The notes beneath the pieces are model-generated. The model was not told the DNA's origin. It saw only the letters and a program-made list of their open reading frames with translations, and made no database searches. Positions 13,913 through 27,588 of a stretch of DNA of 64,000 bases are shown piece after piece. The position numbers and the translations under genes are program-made. Position 1 is the first letter of the stretch; each line of letters opens with the position of its first letter. Origin of the DNA: Octopus sinensis (taxonomy: Eukaryota); contig NC_042998.1 in assembly GCF_006345805.1 (NCBI RefSeq), forward strand, positions 184,264,001 through 184,328,000, written 5' to 3'.

Positions 13913-14959
13913 ATTGTGCTCATGTCAGATTGCAGGTAAGATCTTTAGTATATAGGATCTGTTCATTTTATCTCAAGGCACAGCTTATTGTCATCAACAT
14001 ATTCTAACACAGCAACATGCTTCAAGTTGCCATCTATTTTGTTAATGTATGCAACAAATAACGGAACCAAGAACAGATTCATGCAGGATACCAGATGTTA
14101 TTCTAGTATGAATGTTATTCTAATTATTCTAGTACTGATCTCTAACTGTGGAAGGAACCTGTAAGAGAGGTAGACCCAGGAAGACATGTGATGAGGTGGT
14201 GAAGCATGATCTTTAAACATTGGGCCTGACAGAGGCAATGAATAGTGACTGAGACCTTTGGCAACATGCCATGCTTGAGAAGACCTGCCAAGCCAAGGGA
14301 AATTGTAGTATTGGCTGATGCTGGTCTTATGTAACTGGCACCCATGATGGTGGCATGTAAAAAGTACCCTTTAAGTGTTGGGCCACATGGAGGCAACTGA
14401 CACATGTGCCGGTGCACATAAAAAACACCTTTTGAGTGTTGGGCCTCATGGAGGCAATGTGGCCAATGCTCGCATCACATAACTGTTATCCATGCTAGTG
14501 GGACATAAAGAGCACCTTTTGAGAATTGAGTCTCATGGAGGCAATGACAAATGACCAAAATCTTCAGGCAATATGCTGTGCTTGAGAAGAAGACCCATCA
14601 AGCCAAGTGAAATCACAGTCATGGCAGATACTTGTGTCATACAATTGGCACCTGTGCTGGTGGCACATAAAAGCACCTGTTACACTCTTGGAGTGATTGG
14701 TGTTAGGAAGAGCATTCAGCTGTAGAACCCATGCCAAATTAGACTGGAGTTTGGTGCAGCCCCTCAGCTTACCAGCCCTGGTCAAACCGACCAATCCATG
14801 CCATCATGAACAACAGATGTTAAATGATGCTAGATCAGATTGGAGCCTTGTGTGACCTCCTGGCTTGCCAGTCCCCAGTCAAACCCATGCCAGCATGGAA
14901 AATGGACGTTAAACGATGATGATGATGATGATGATGAAGACAATGATGAGTGACTATTT

Positions 14960-15882
14960 CTTTTCAATGAAGACTGCAAAACTTTAACCAGTCATAAAGA
15001 TTGATCATCATGCCCACTGCAGAGCTTTGCTATAAGTCATTTGTGTGGTGCAGGATTAAAGGCTTTGGTCATGCGGAGATAAATAGCATCCACCCATGAC
15101 CTGCCATTTGTGATTAATGTATTCATTAATGTTGTGTCTCATTGACACTGTTATGTCCTTCTTTGAACTCACTGTATATACCACTTTATAACGTGGACTT
15201 ATAACAAGGTTATAACAATACAAATATAAATCAGAAAAAACACGTAACAAATAATATCTCTTCTCAACAACTTCTACGACTGTCTTCAGAAAGCACCTGC
15301 ACACACCACACTGTCCTTCGCTGACAGTGCACATGTGCCTTTATACAGTTTAGGACATTTGACTTGCTATCCCACAGGGGTGTCAGGATTTCACCACAAT
15401 GTCAGTGTTAGGCAAAGGTTGAATTTTTACAGGCGGTGCCTTTGCTGCCGGGGTGCAACCCCTGCAGGCTTTCACCAATTTTTCAATATCCTGATCCATG
15501 TTTGGTCAGTATACATAACTTCTCATAATAAGGAAATTATTGTATACAGTGCCCATGTGCTCCACAACTTGTCAAAAGTGTGTATAAAGTATATGCAGTA
15601 ATGTACAAATGTCTGGAAAGCGAACAGTGTATGAGTCAGATACATGCTTGAGTGTGTATGGAGGGGAGAAAATCAGGTGCAGTGTTGGCGAATCTCAGGA
15701 AGCATGGAAGTTTTGAAGGATGCAGTGCTCCGACAACTAACAACTGACGCCGGCAATCTGTTGCATGCTTCAGCAACTCTAAGCATGTAAAAATGTTTCC
15801 AAAAGTCATGGGAGCTGTGCTGTTTTCTGACTTTGTAAACATGTCCACGGGTGTTAGACAGGTGGAGTTTGAAAAGGTGCTC
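14960..15882 (-). mobile_element. CR1-type LINE fragments (RT piece and 3' end)
   Basis: Minus strand VDAIYL...KAFN..PHK.LIAKL (RT domain) at about 15030-15100; 15535-15882 matches the copy at 17955-18410 and is cut at gaaaaggtgctc. Confidence 0.75.
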
Positions 15883-16793
15883 TGCAGAAAACAGAAGGCT
15901 TGCCGATCCCCCAGAAGACTTGGTACATGATATACAACAAGAAACATTTTAAAGAAAGTTTCTTGTTGTATATCATGTACCAAGTCTTCTGGGGGATCGG
16001 CAAGCCTTCTGTTTTCTGCACCACCACCACAATATTCTTGTTGCCGTACTTCGCACTCGGAGGGGAGCCCTGTAGTGATGCTACTGTGTAGGGTTCGGCG
16101 CGCATGCGCAGAATGGGACTATTTCTGGGTGGCCACCGGAAGTCTTCCCCATGCGCATGTGCGGGAAAACGTCCCTCGAGCCCGCGAACCTCAAATCTCT
16201 CTCTTCGGCTAAGACAGCATTGCGATCGGTCACGAATTCTCGGCTCTGACAGCCACACGATCAGCAATGCTGTCTTAGCCGAAGAGAGAGATTTGAGGTT
16301 CGCGGGCTCGAGGGACGTTTTCCCGCACATGTGTATGGGGAAGACTTCCGGTGGCCACCCGGAAGTAGTCCCATTCTGCGCATGCGCGCCGAACCCTACA
16401 CAATAGCATCACTACAGGGCTCCCCTCCGAGTGCGAAGTACGGCAACAAGAATATTGTGGTGGTGCTGCAGAAAACAGAAGGCTTGCCGATCCCCCAGAA
16501 GACTTGGTACATTTCAAAAACAATCTACATTTAACTTTCTTTAAAATGTTTCTTGTTGTATATCATGTACCAAGTCTTCTGGGGGATCGGCAAGCCTTCT
16601 GTTTTCTGCAGCACCACCACAATATTCTTGTTGCCGTACTTCGCACTCGGAGGGGAGCCCTGTAGTGATGCTACTGTGCAGGGTTCGGCGCGCATGCGCA
16701 GAATGGGACTACTTCCGGCTGGCCACCGGAAGTCTTCCCCATGCGCATGTGCGGGAAAACGTCCCTCGAGCCCTACACAGTAGCATCACTACA
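15883..16793. repeat. GC-rich ~270-bp unit in alternating inverted copies with three fold-back junctions
   Basis: Arms 15883-15945/15958-16020, 15958-16228/16258-16512 and a third copy 16548-16772; the copies differ by a few substitutions. Confidence 0.85.
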
Positions 16794-17954
16794 AACACAT
16801 CCTTCTTTGTTTTAATTTTTATTTCTTCTAAAGTGACAGGTAGTTCATGTACTACGTTGCAGAGTGTTTTTTATTTCAATTTCAGCTTTTAATACCACTA
16901 TTACCGTGTCCTCTAATGGTTCATTGTATTTAGGAATTAATCTTGACAACCCATCCACATGTCCTAGACTTTTCACTGGTAGAAATACCAGTCTCTAAAA
17001 TTTAAGCCAACAAATGAGCCTGAACAATTTGCAAGAAATAGTAGTAAAATCTATCTCAACACACACTATAATGTTTTTAAAAAAGAGTGGACATATTGCA
17101 TAGTGTACTCCTTGATATGCAATGCTTAAGAGGATAATGAAAACTGAAGCATCCTCTATCATAGGTCTATTTGGTTGGGGACGACCTGGAGCTAAACAAC
17201 AACTAATGATTTTAATTGCATTGTCACAGAATTCTTAACATACCTGTAAACATTAACTACACTATCTTAAAATTCTTAACCCTTCAAATATATTAACTGC
17301 ACTGTCTTCTAATTTTTAACACCACTACAAACAGTATAAAAAACATGTAAGAAATTTCAATTCTCCTTAAATATGAAATGATACCCAGCGTAGTCCATAT
17401 TCTGTTATCAAAAGAAAACCATTTTAAAAATGATTTTTTTATCATTATTATTGTGAAGAACCCAAGTGGTAAGTTTGTCTCGAATATGAAAATTATACAG
17501 AATATCAAATTTATAATGGTTATCTTGTCAACACTAGGTTTAGATTATGTTAAATTCATTGCATGCTTTCTTTTTATCCCCTTTTACTTGTTAGAATCTT
17601 TCACAAAAATATCCTACCACATAACGAAAGTAATTCAGCAACAGTTGAGATAATATATGAAGCACAGCACGATAACGATGATCGTGATTGGCGTCTGTTA
17701 CACCGCGTCATAAAAACTGAAGCCAACAGAGTTATCTACCTTATCTAGCAGTATTGAATGACAATAGCAAGGGCTTAAATTCTTGACTGCATGCTCAGTA
17801 GTTAAACCTACCATTTCCCATTTGACTTTTGGGAAAACTTTGAAATACATTCCATATCTTTGGGGGTCACTAAATACAAAATAATTTTATATCTTTTTCA
17901 TTTTCCATCTTTCACAAAGTTAAGTTCCTTAAGATATTTAATCAAATCACATGT

Positions 17955-18410
17955 AATAATAATAATGAAATTATTGTATACAGTGCTCAGGTGCAGCACA
18001 ACTTAAAGTGTGTATAAAGCATATGTAGTAATGTACAAATGTCTGGGAAGTGAACAGTGTATGAGTCAGATACATGCTTGTGTGTGTATGGAGGGGAGAA
18101 AATCAGGTGTAGTGTTGGCGAATCTCAGGAAGCATAGAAGTTTTGAAGGATGCAGTACTCCGACAACCAACAATTGATGCCAGCAGTTTGTTCCATCCTT
18201 CAGCAACTCTTAGCGTGAAAAAATGTTTCCGAAAGTGATCAGAGCTGTGCTGTTGTCTGACTTTGTAAACATGTCCACGGGTGTTAGACAGGTGGAGTTT
18301 GAAAAGGTGCTCAGAGTTATTGTTAGTAAGATGGTTAATAATTTTATGGGTGTCTGCCAAGTCAGCTGCCAGATGTCGGAGTTTCAATGTATCCATGCCC
18401 AGGGAAGTAA
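17955..18410 (-). mobile_element. CR1-type LINE 3' end
   Basis: ORF 18103-18396 NTRGHVYKVRQQHSSDHFRKHFFTLRVAEGWNKL...SFK is a typical CR1 ORF2 C-terminus; (TAA)n tail. Confidence 0.85.
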
Positions 18411-18651
18411 TGATTGAAATGTTTGCAAAATCTGTTTAGTCTGATAACAGCAAGCAATTAGAGAAAAATAAACTTCCAAAGGAGGAAGTTCAAAACTCTG
18501 TTTTGATTCCTAGCAGTGGTTATTTCATGTCTATAACATTATTAACATCTTTACAAAAGACATGAACACTACAGGCTGCCATTCCATTCAATAACAGCTC
18601 TACAGAGATCATTAAGATGCATCATTTCTAGTTTGATATATTCTGTCACTG

Positions 18652-19040
18652 AAGGCAGCAAGCTGGCAGAGATTTTAGCATGCTGGGCGAAATGCTTAGT
18701 GGTATTTCGTCTGTCTAAGTTCTGAGTTCAAATTCCGCTGAGGTTGACTTTGCCTTTCATCCTTTCGGGGTCGATTAAATAAGTACCAGTTACGCACTGG
18801 GGTTGATATAATCAACTTAATCCATTTGTCTGTCCCCTCTGTGTTTAGCACCTTGTGGGTAGTACAGAAATAGGTATTTCGTCTGTCTTTATGTTCTGAG
18901 TTCAAATTCCGCCGAGGTTGACTTTGCCTTTCATCTTTTCGGGGTCGATAAATTGAGTACCAGTTGCATACTGGGGTCGATCTAATCGACAAACCTCATC
19001 CCCACAAAATTTTGGGTCTTGTGCTGAGTAGAAAAAGGAT
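18652..19040 (+). mobile_element. tRNA-derived SINE, family B, with duplicated body
   Basis: aggcagcaagctggcag head; block gtatttcgtctg...gagttcaaattccgc...actggggtcgat occurs twice; relatives at 1-110, 28500-28690, 48236-48387 (-) and 63040-63150. Confidence 0.8.
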
Positions 19041-19301
19041 ATATTCTGTCACTAAGCTGTTCACTACTTTTGTGTTTTGTTCAGAGTACATTACTGTTAC
19101 TTGTAGTTATTTAGCCTTTTATCAAATCCTGATTGAGCAGATGTGACTAATGGTGCTCCAACCAAAACCACCCCATCTGTTCATACATAGCTCATCTCAG
19201 ACTACAATATCGAGTGTTTCTCTCCCCCTCTTATTTAAAGCTTGTGAGATACAAGTTGAGATTTGGCTGCTATTTTTAGCAAGTCAAGTGGCCATGTAGA
19301 G

Positions 19302-19519
19302 CACTGGTTCTTAATTTTTTGCCTGTGGACCCCTTTGATTCCTATTGTACTCCACTGGCCCCTAAAAAGTATTTGATATTTTAAAAAGTCCCATCATATT
19401 TTTGATTAAATATTAGAGGAATTCTGTAAAAAAAAAATTTTATATTTTGTGTTTAGAAGTATAACTAATTTGTTGCACATAAATTTTAAGTTTATGTGGA
19501 CTCCAGTTGAGAACTGCTG
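19302..19519. mobile_element. hAT (Charlie-like) MITE
   Basis: TIRs cactggttcttaa / ttgagaactgctg and a perfect 8-bp target duplication ATGTAGAG (19294-19301 and 19520-19527). Confidence 0.85.
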
Positions 19520-20619
19520 ATGTAGAGACTTATGGAATGAGAAATCTTGATTCTTCAGCTGAAAAGCCGGCATTAAACTGTTCACTTTCATAAATTAGCA
19601 AAGTAGGGGGAGGGAATTCTAATTTTGACACTAGCAATCATAGTAACATATATGCAATATATGAAGATAGAAAACTGTCAGTCATATTATGTGGAAGAAC
19701 ACTGCCTTAAAAGAAGTGGATTAGTGATTTATTATGTGGCTTCAGTTATTAGACTGCAGCCATGCTGGAGCACTACCTATGAGGCTTTAGTGGATCATGT
19801 CAACCATAATTCCAATTTCAGTTTGTTAGTTATTTTATCAACTCTGTTAAGTTACAGGATATAAAAGGAATGAATATAAACTACACCAGTATAACTATAC
19901 ACATATTTTTTTTCAGAGAGCATCAAGTGACTGTCCTGCTTCTTCATGCTTGCAAATTTTGTGCATAAATATTCATTTAATATATTAAGTGTAGGCATGC
20001 AGAATTTTTGTCACTTAAAAAATTAGGTGAATGTGTGATTAAGAAGCTTGCTTTCCAACCCTGTGGTCTTGGATTCAGTCTTACTTTATGGCATCTTAGG
20101 CATGTGTCTTGTGAGTGGATTTGATAGACAGAAACTGAAAGAAGTCTATTGGCATGAGTTGGACAGTTTGACAGGAGCCAGCCATGTAGAAACTATCCCA
20201 GGCAACTGTATATTTTGACAGAGTTCTTACAGCTGGATACCCTTCCTAATACCAACCACTCTGCAGAGTAGACTGAGTGCTTTTTACATGGCACCAGGCA
20301 AGGACAGTTTGGGCATGATTTTTATAGCTGGGTGCCCTTCCAAATGCGAGCCACTTTAGTGTGGACTGGATACTTTTTATGTGGCACCAAGTCAGGAAAA
20401 CATCCATAGATCATAACTGACGTTTTGTCCAAACACTAACTTCACCAAGGACACTTATAACCAAAGACATTCCAGCCATTGCCATTCCATCTTTTGAGGA
20501 GTATATAGCCCTCAAAAGACAATAGTGTGTGATTTGAGAAAGATATTTGGCTGTGATTTCCAGCAGGTTGAGCTATGATATAGACATCAGCTGTTGAGGT
20601 AAATTGTAAAATGCACTGC

Positions 20620-22140
20620 ATTACTATAGAACTTGTTCATGGAAACTTTAAAGTTGTTTCTATACAGTTAGAGTGTGTCGAGAGAGGGCTGACTGGTCTA
20701 ATGCACATGTTTACTGAAGGACAAATGGGTAGTGATGAAGATGATGTGATCAACAAAGGTGGTGGAGAGATGGAAGATGGAGAGCTATGAGTGATAAGGT
20801 GACAAATACACTTCTGTCCAACAACCTCTTGACTCTTTAACATGTCCTGCAAGGCTGAACACCTGATCTGCATGCCATAGAACATGTGCAAATCTTTTCT
20901 TTTCTGTTTCTCCCCTAGCTAAGTATACAAAACATCTAGCTTCCCTTCTATATGAAAACAAATATATATATACAAGAGTTCTAGCTCTCAATTTAGTATC
21001 TAGTTTTCTAGGCTTGTAAGGTTCAGGTGGAATTGCTTTAGCCACTGCTCTTGCACAATGTTCTCCAGAAATAGTTTCCACCCTTTGCAAACACTTCAAT
21101 CTTTCTCCCTCTAAGTATCAACTCAATTTATGAAAATATTCAAGTTCTTCACATACCTTAAAATGCAAACCCCATTTCCAACATTCAAAAGTAATGGAAA
21201 CAACCAAGTACCTCTCCTTTCTCAATAAAGACCAGCCTGTCATAGACTTGTTCTTCAATGTTACATATCTGTAGTTCCCTAGCAAAGTGGCTGTCCAAGA
21301 CATCAGCAAGCTGTTCACTGATGGGCTTAATCTATCTCTTGGACTCAGACATCTCTATCACAAAATCTAGTTATGTCTCTTACAATTCCTTCTGTATTTT
21401 AACAATTCCATTTATTTTGATTACATACTCACTTCTATGCACATTAACTCCCTTACTCTGCATTAGCCATCTGCATATAAGTATCTATTACACTCAATCT
21501 AAACTTACACCACTACCATGAACTGAGTTGTTGAAAATCTTTTGACAAGGGAAGCAACTGCAATGAGCAATTGCTACACACACAGTTATACCCCAAACAA
21601 AAGTTAGAATTCACAATCAATGATGATATCCCACAGTAGGTGATTTCACATGTTAAAACTACTTCCCAGAAAAGGCTCAAATTTCCTTTACTAGAACATA
21701 TTTGAGCACTGATAGTACTATCACTCATCCTGTTAGACAAATGCCCTTAAATCAAATCATACTATCTCAAAGATGCATTAGGCAACGTAGCTCTTGATAC
21801 AGATAGCTGGAATAATTTTCATCATACATATCAATCAGTGCCAACTTTAGGTTAGACAACAAACTTGCTCAAAAACAATAATTCTACACATTGACAAAGA
21901 TTTACTGATCCACATACCATTAACCATTGGCCCAGTTTCTTCCCTGCTACAACTTAAAAAGATTCTCCTGTGAATACCATCATCACCCAAGCAAACTCTC
22001 TCCTCTCCCCTCTATTCAAATCTGTACTGTTTTCCCAATTCTTCTTACCCATGTCCTACCACTTAGGAACATTAATCAGCATACGTCATGCTGAAAACAT
22101 CCACCACATAGATCTCACTACCTCTGAAAGCCTGCAAAAG
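20620..22140 (-). mobile_element. RTE-type LINE remnant (AP endonuclease region)
   Basis: Stop-interrupted minus-strand frames resemble the RTE endonuclease; related to the 55330-57890 copy; boundaries approximate. Confidence 0.55.
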
Positions 22141-24710
22141 TTTTAAGTGCATCCTCTCCTTTTTCAACTAAAACAAAACATTTAAAATTGCAAAAATTAA
22201 TTCAGAAAGTTTTATCTTTCTTCAGCAGTGAAAAGTAGGAGGGGCATCAAGTGATGTTTTATGACCGAGATATGATTGTATCTATTTCTCTTGTTTTGCT
22301 AATATCATATAGAAAGCACAAATATCACAATTCTTAAACAGAAAATAATATATTTCATGTCTGACTACCTTCTATATTTGTGAAATAAACATATACGCAC
22401 CCAACATATTCTTAAAACAAGAATTGATATATGAAGATATTACAATAAATATTTTAGGATTTAATTTAATATTGCATAGATTTTTGTGTAAAAGTATTAT
22501 TTCTTGTAATACAGATTGAAGAACACATTTTTAAATGCCAAACTAACTTCACAAAAGATAAATTAATGCAACAAACATAACAGATTCAAAAACATTTCAT
22601 TCAACTCCAATCACACAATATATTTTTAAAATACAATTTGACATAAAAACTGTCTTCTTTCTGAAACAGGAGTCCAGAAGGAAAAAAATGTCTGTTTCCA
22701 ACTCAGCACCTTTCATATAAAGTATATCCCACCTGCCCTTGTCACTATCATAGCATTATTATCAATATAACTATATTTAGGTTAACCTGAAAGTGAATAA
22801 TTTTTATTAATGATTTGAGAAGTGACAGAATTTTATTTTTTCATGAGTAAAAAGAAAACAGAAAAACCATCCAGTTTAATTCTAGCGCAGATGAAATGAT
22901 GTTACAAATTGATATTTACATAATTTGGAGCAAGTTGACCTTCCTGTCAGTAAACCATGCAACTGTGAAGAGTTATATCTGTTGTCAGAGACACATATGT
23001 GCTTAGGGACACAATATCTCTAACAAGGTTTCAACTCACAACCATGTAGTATGTAGTCTCAGCACCTTAACCTCACAGCCACAATGTAATTATAATACTA
23101 GACTGTATAAAATTTGTGAAAATCATTCCATCTGTGCTAGTATGAAAAAAATGGTTATGAAAGTGAAAGTCGAAAATTATGATTTGAATGTCTGAATGAG
23201 AGTTGAATGAAATGAATGAAATCAAACAAACAATAGAATATGGTTAAACATTAAATAAAACATGCAATTTTGAAAGTTTTTACAGACTGCAATAAGTAAA
23301 TCCCATTAGACTGAGACAGAAATGCAAAATTTTTTTACTGTCCTGTTAAGATGTTTGTTTTCATTTTTTCTTCTTCATAAAATGCTTTGAGACAAATTAC
23401 TTTAAACATCTGAACAATTGAGGGGTAATTATCAACATAATATAACGTCAATAACAATCCAACTGAATAATAAAAAACATATGTACATATACAAATATAG
23501 AAAACCATGACTTAATGCATCAATATCATTCTGAAGTAACACAGGAGTTCAAGAGATCTGTAGGTGAGGTCTGCAGCAGATATCACTACAACCCATTCAT
23601 TGGTACACAAATTTTGATGTATGTATAAAGAGAATTTTTTTCTTTCATGTATGGCTTTACATGTTTGTCTTTTTTTTTTTACCAATATGTGGGATGATTA
23701 AGCAAATGTGTATATTTGCAGATGATGGAGAAGTGGTTCCTTTCTTACACAACTAGATGATATTCCTAATATTAATTAATGATTCAGTTGTGAAATGAAT
23801 GGTTCTTTTCTGTTGGACATGAATTTCTTTTTAAAGATACAAAACTTATGAAATGCAATACAATGCAAGTTCTATTGAAAACCAATTGTTTACTCACTTC
23901 TAGTAGTTTATAAAGAAAACTCAAATTAGTAAGATTATCTCTTCAATTATAGAAAAAAAAGGTGTTATAGTTGAATACTCAGTAAACTGAACAGCAGCCT
24001 TATTTTTATAAATACTATTGGACTTAATACTACTTTGAAATACAAAATAAATTACAGAAAGATATGGAATGATAGACAATTTTACTTCAGACTTTTAAAT
24101 AATGATTAAAAGGAAAATTAGATGAAGTATTTTAAATAAAAACCTGCCATATGATACAATAAACTTAAATGCTATTTCACTGTTTCACATTCATTTTTCC
24201 ACGCTTAGTTTGAAGGTTTTTGTTGACACAACTACTTTTTATTGCCTGGTACTCTTGTTACCTCGAACAAGTCAACTGTGAAATAGGATTGAAACCTGTT
24301 TTTGTTAGTCAGGCCAACCAGATCAAGCAAAGTTATGTACCTTAATTAGGAAGGATATAACACAATGATTGTAGTAGAGTTTGAACTTTTGACCATATTG
24401 ATCAGTCATCAACAGCTCAACTTTCAAGCCATTCTTTGAAAATATTTATCAAATGTTGTAGCTGGAAAAAAAATAGAAGGGTTTTAACGTAGATACTAAT
24501 AAAAATTTTAAGATGTTTGGATACTGACGACAGTATATTATGCTTTAATTTGCATATTCCCATGTACCTGGTTGTACATAGTTGTATATATATCAAATAT
24601 CCAGAACAGGAATCAACAGAGTTGATTAATAAAACTGATGAAAAGAAAGAGATTTTATGACCATGAGTAACCGGGTTTGTTAAATAAATGACAATCATAT
24701 ATAATTTATT

Positions 24711-24965
24711 TCAATCTTTCTCCTTTTCTAACTCCTCTACATCATCAATGATACTGTCCATGTTACCCTGTGAATTTTGATGCGTCCAAGTCACAGCATA
24801 TGTAACTTTATCCCCAGCAACTAAAGTTACACTGTCAATTTTATCTTGCATTTCAGCTCGTGCTTGAGCAAGTGCACTTTGAACAGCAATGTCTTTTTGT
24901 GCTTGACATTCCAAAACAGCACGAGAAAGATTTATTTGGTTTTCAATTCTTGCCGCTTGTAATGC
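24711..24965 (-). CDS. DEAF1: DEAF1 coding exon 7, terminal (coiled-coil extension to TGA)
   Basis: ttttgtttcag acceptor, phase 0; ALQAARIENQINLSRAVLECQAQKDIAVQSALAQARAEMQDKID...EELEKEKD then stop, followed by AT-rich UTR-like sequence. Confidence 0.82.
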   Translation of the reverse strand, partial: ALQAARIENQINLSRAVLECQAQKDIAVQSALAQARAEMQDKIDSVTLVAGDKVTYAVTWTHQNSQGNMDSIIDDVEELEKEKD

Positions 24966-25368
24966 CTGAAACAAAATAAAACATATTTAGCATTCATGTT
25001 TTGGTATGGTACTGGATTTTAATTGGATAAATATAATGTAACTTTAGTTTCTTAACAAACTGCTATTATTTACAAGTACAAATAACATTAAGAAAAACTG
25101 TGTTTACAGGAAAGAACAGTAAAAAATTGTTATTTAACAATGTATTTGATTTAATAGTTCCTAACTCATAACAGTGCACATACAAGGCTAATATACGGCG
25201 GAAATAAGTATATACATATATATGCATGTGCACATAGATAAATAGATGCATACAGAAACATCATTTTGAATAAGCAGCGGATAAAATTTTTTAAGGTAGA
25301 GGTATATGAAAACTAAAGCTAAGAAGAGAATATCAGCATACTACTGGTACATATTGCTATATAAAGGA

Positions 25369-25694
25369 CTAGCAGTATCGCCCGGCGTTGCTCGGGTTTG
25401 TAAGGGAAATAACTATATAAGCATTTTAAAATCGTTGACTCATCGTAGACATTTTTAGAGAGTTACTTCCCTTATATAATAGCGAAAAAATGCATTAAAA
25501 TGGAAAAAAATTATGGTAAATTTTTTTTTAAATCATAGACTCATCGTAGACGCGCGCTAATACCCAGAAGGGCTCGAAATGAATCACGACTATAAGTTAC
25601 CCGGTTTTGGTTAAACTGCACCGCAAAATGTGGGAGTAGTTAGGAATCTAAATCGTAGGAGACAGACACACAACCTTACTTTTATATATAAAGA
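25369..25694 (-). mobile_element. Non-autonomous Helitron, 326 bp
   Basis: Minus strand starts A|TCTTTATATATAAAA and ends with hairpin cccgagcaacgccggg followed by CTAG|T: canonical Helitron termini in an AT target. Confidence 0.8.
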
Positions 25695-26189
25695 TTAGAA
25701 TTCAAAATCAAATATTTGTGCAGTGAACCATAATGTGGGTCATCTTCACCATTACAATATAACTGAGGGTATAAAACTGATGTTATTTCACAATTTAATT
25801 CATTGTGTTGTTTATTGTCACAAGCATCAAACCCAGGTAGGACCCTTCACTATGTTGGAGATTAGTAGATAAGTCTATCTTGCTAAATAACTTACAAATT
25901 ATATTTAATTTGGAGAGGATGGAATAACGTAATTGGTAATGTGTAGACTTACTATTATAACAGCAAGTAGACTACATATCTGTTTAACCCTTTTAATACC
26001 ATCTTGCTCAATATTGTCCCTGGTTCTATGATATAAACTTTCCATTTTAAAGGGATCTAGGGTAAAACCTTGTGTCAGAATTTCATGTTAATTTATGTTC
26101 CAAACTGCAGCTCAATAATAACAATGTTATTAGATTTTTCAATATTTTCAGAATTAACTAATGTAACAAAGGCAGTGTACTTCAACAAA

Positions 26190-26770
26190 TATATGGTAAC
26201 AAAAGTGTTAATATCATTTGCTGTTTTAGTATCTGGAATTTTCCAGTTAGACAAAGCCTGAAGTTCTGTGAACCATTTGTAAAAAAAGTAGATTTATCAA
26301 CAATGCTATGTGTTATTAAAGAGTTGGTGTTTACAGTGTTTAGTACCAATTGCATTAGCATCTTAGGAGAGAATTCATAGAATAAAATTGCACAAAATAC
26401 TTTCAGTCACATTAACCAATGTTAACTTCTGAAAACCTACTACCAGCCAACTCAAAAGACTCTGTTCAAATCTTATGCATATATATTTAACATTTATAAA
26501 AGCCATAGATAGTATTCCATGAGACTTACATCAAGCACTTTCAAAAACCACTATTATCAACATCTACACTCTTTTAGATTAAAGGACAAAGGAAACACCA
26601 CATCTTTGTATCAAAATATGTGGACAATCAGGGGCCAAGGAACAGATTGCTCTCCAATAACACAGAGCATTGTCAATAAAGTCACTTCTTGTCAAATGGA
26701 TCACAAAACTGCAGGCTTTGTCTAACTGAAAAGTTCCAGATATTAAAACAGTAAATGATATCACTTAACC
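26190..26770. mobile_element. Old MITE-like element with degenerate ~130-bp inverted arms
   Basis: 26190-26320 (atatcatttgctgttttagtatctggaattttccagttagacaaagcctg...) is the diverged reverse complement of 26650-26770. Confidence 0.55.
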
Positions 26771-27117
26771 AGATATATAATCTAATTACTGCCATTTGAA
26801 AAATTTCTCTTGGAAAGATTCTACATGCTTAAGAATCCAAGACCTTCCAAAGCTCCACAGATATTAGGTCTAACAAGCATTGCAGAGTAGTTGTCCCTTG
26901 AAAATTAGAAGTATGTACTAGGTTGTTTCCTTAACCACACAAGTCTAGGTAGCAATATCAGTCAGACATTTGTTCACCAAGACCCACCTTTGATCAATGA
27001 GAATCAGATTAGCTGATACATTGTGAACTTGGCTTCAATCATTTACCACTGATTAACTGCAGATGAATCTTACGTGTATGAAGCTCCGAGTAATAACTGA
27101 GTGAATCATCAAATCAA

Positions 27118-27260
<143 letters not shown>

Positions 27261-27457
27261 TCCCAATATTTGAAAAGCAAGCACCTTGACCACACAGTCA
27301 TGTGTGTGTGTGCATTGCCTTGAAGAATCTTTAAGTGAATGCATCAACCCCACTACTTACTTTTTATAAGCCTGGTACGTAGTCTATCAGTCTTTTGCTG
27401 AACCACTAAGTTACAGGAATGTAAACACACCAGCACCAGCAGTGGTGGGGGAAACAA

Positions 27458-27494
<37 letters not shown>

Positions 27495-27588
27495 CGACAA
27501 GCTAATTTCAGTTTCTGCCTACCAAGGCTTTGGTTGACCAAAGACTATAGTAGAAGACACTTGCCCTAGATGCTGTAAAAGGTGGTAA

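Noticed and set aside
16040-16125. gaatgggac matches the 3' end of the HDV ribozyme
   Set aside because: No upstream GUCCC P2 partner or P1/P3 nested pseudoknot could be built; the local sequence folds as simple hairpins.
16192-16295. atctctctctt...aagagagagat resembles the PacBio SMRTbell adapter stem near a palindrome centre
   Set aside because: The match is only about 11 nt, it sits inside the arms 25 bp from the turn, and the adapter loop sequence is absent.
15854-16892. Cluster of overlapping 63-158 aa ORFs on both strands
   Set aside because: Explained by GC-rich palindromic repeats with few stop codons; no domain signature.
17293-17750. Hydrophobic ORFs and a small CpG-rich patch suggesting a membrane-protein or GPCR fragment
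   Set aside because: AT-rich codon bias explains the hydrophobicity; no consistent frame, motif or splice structure.
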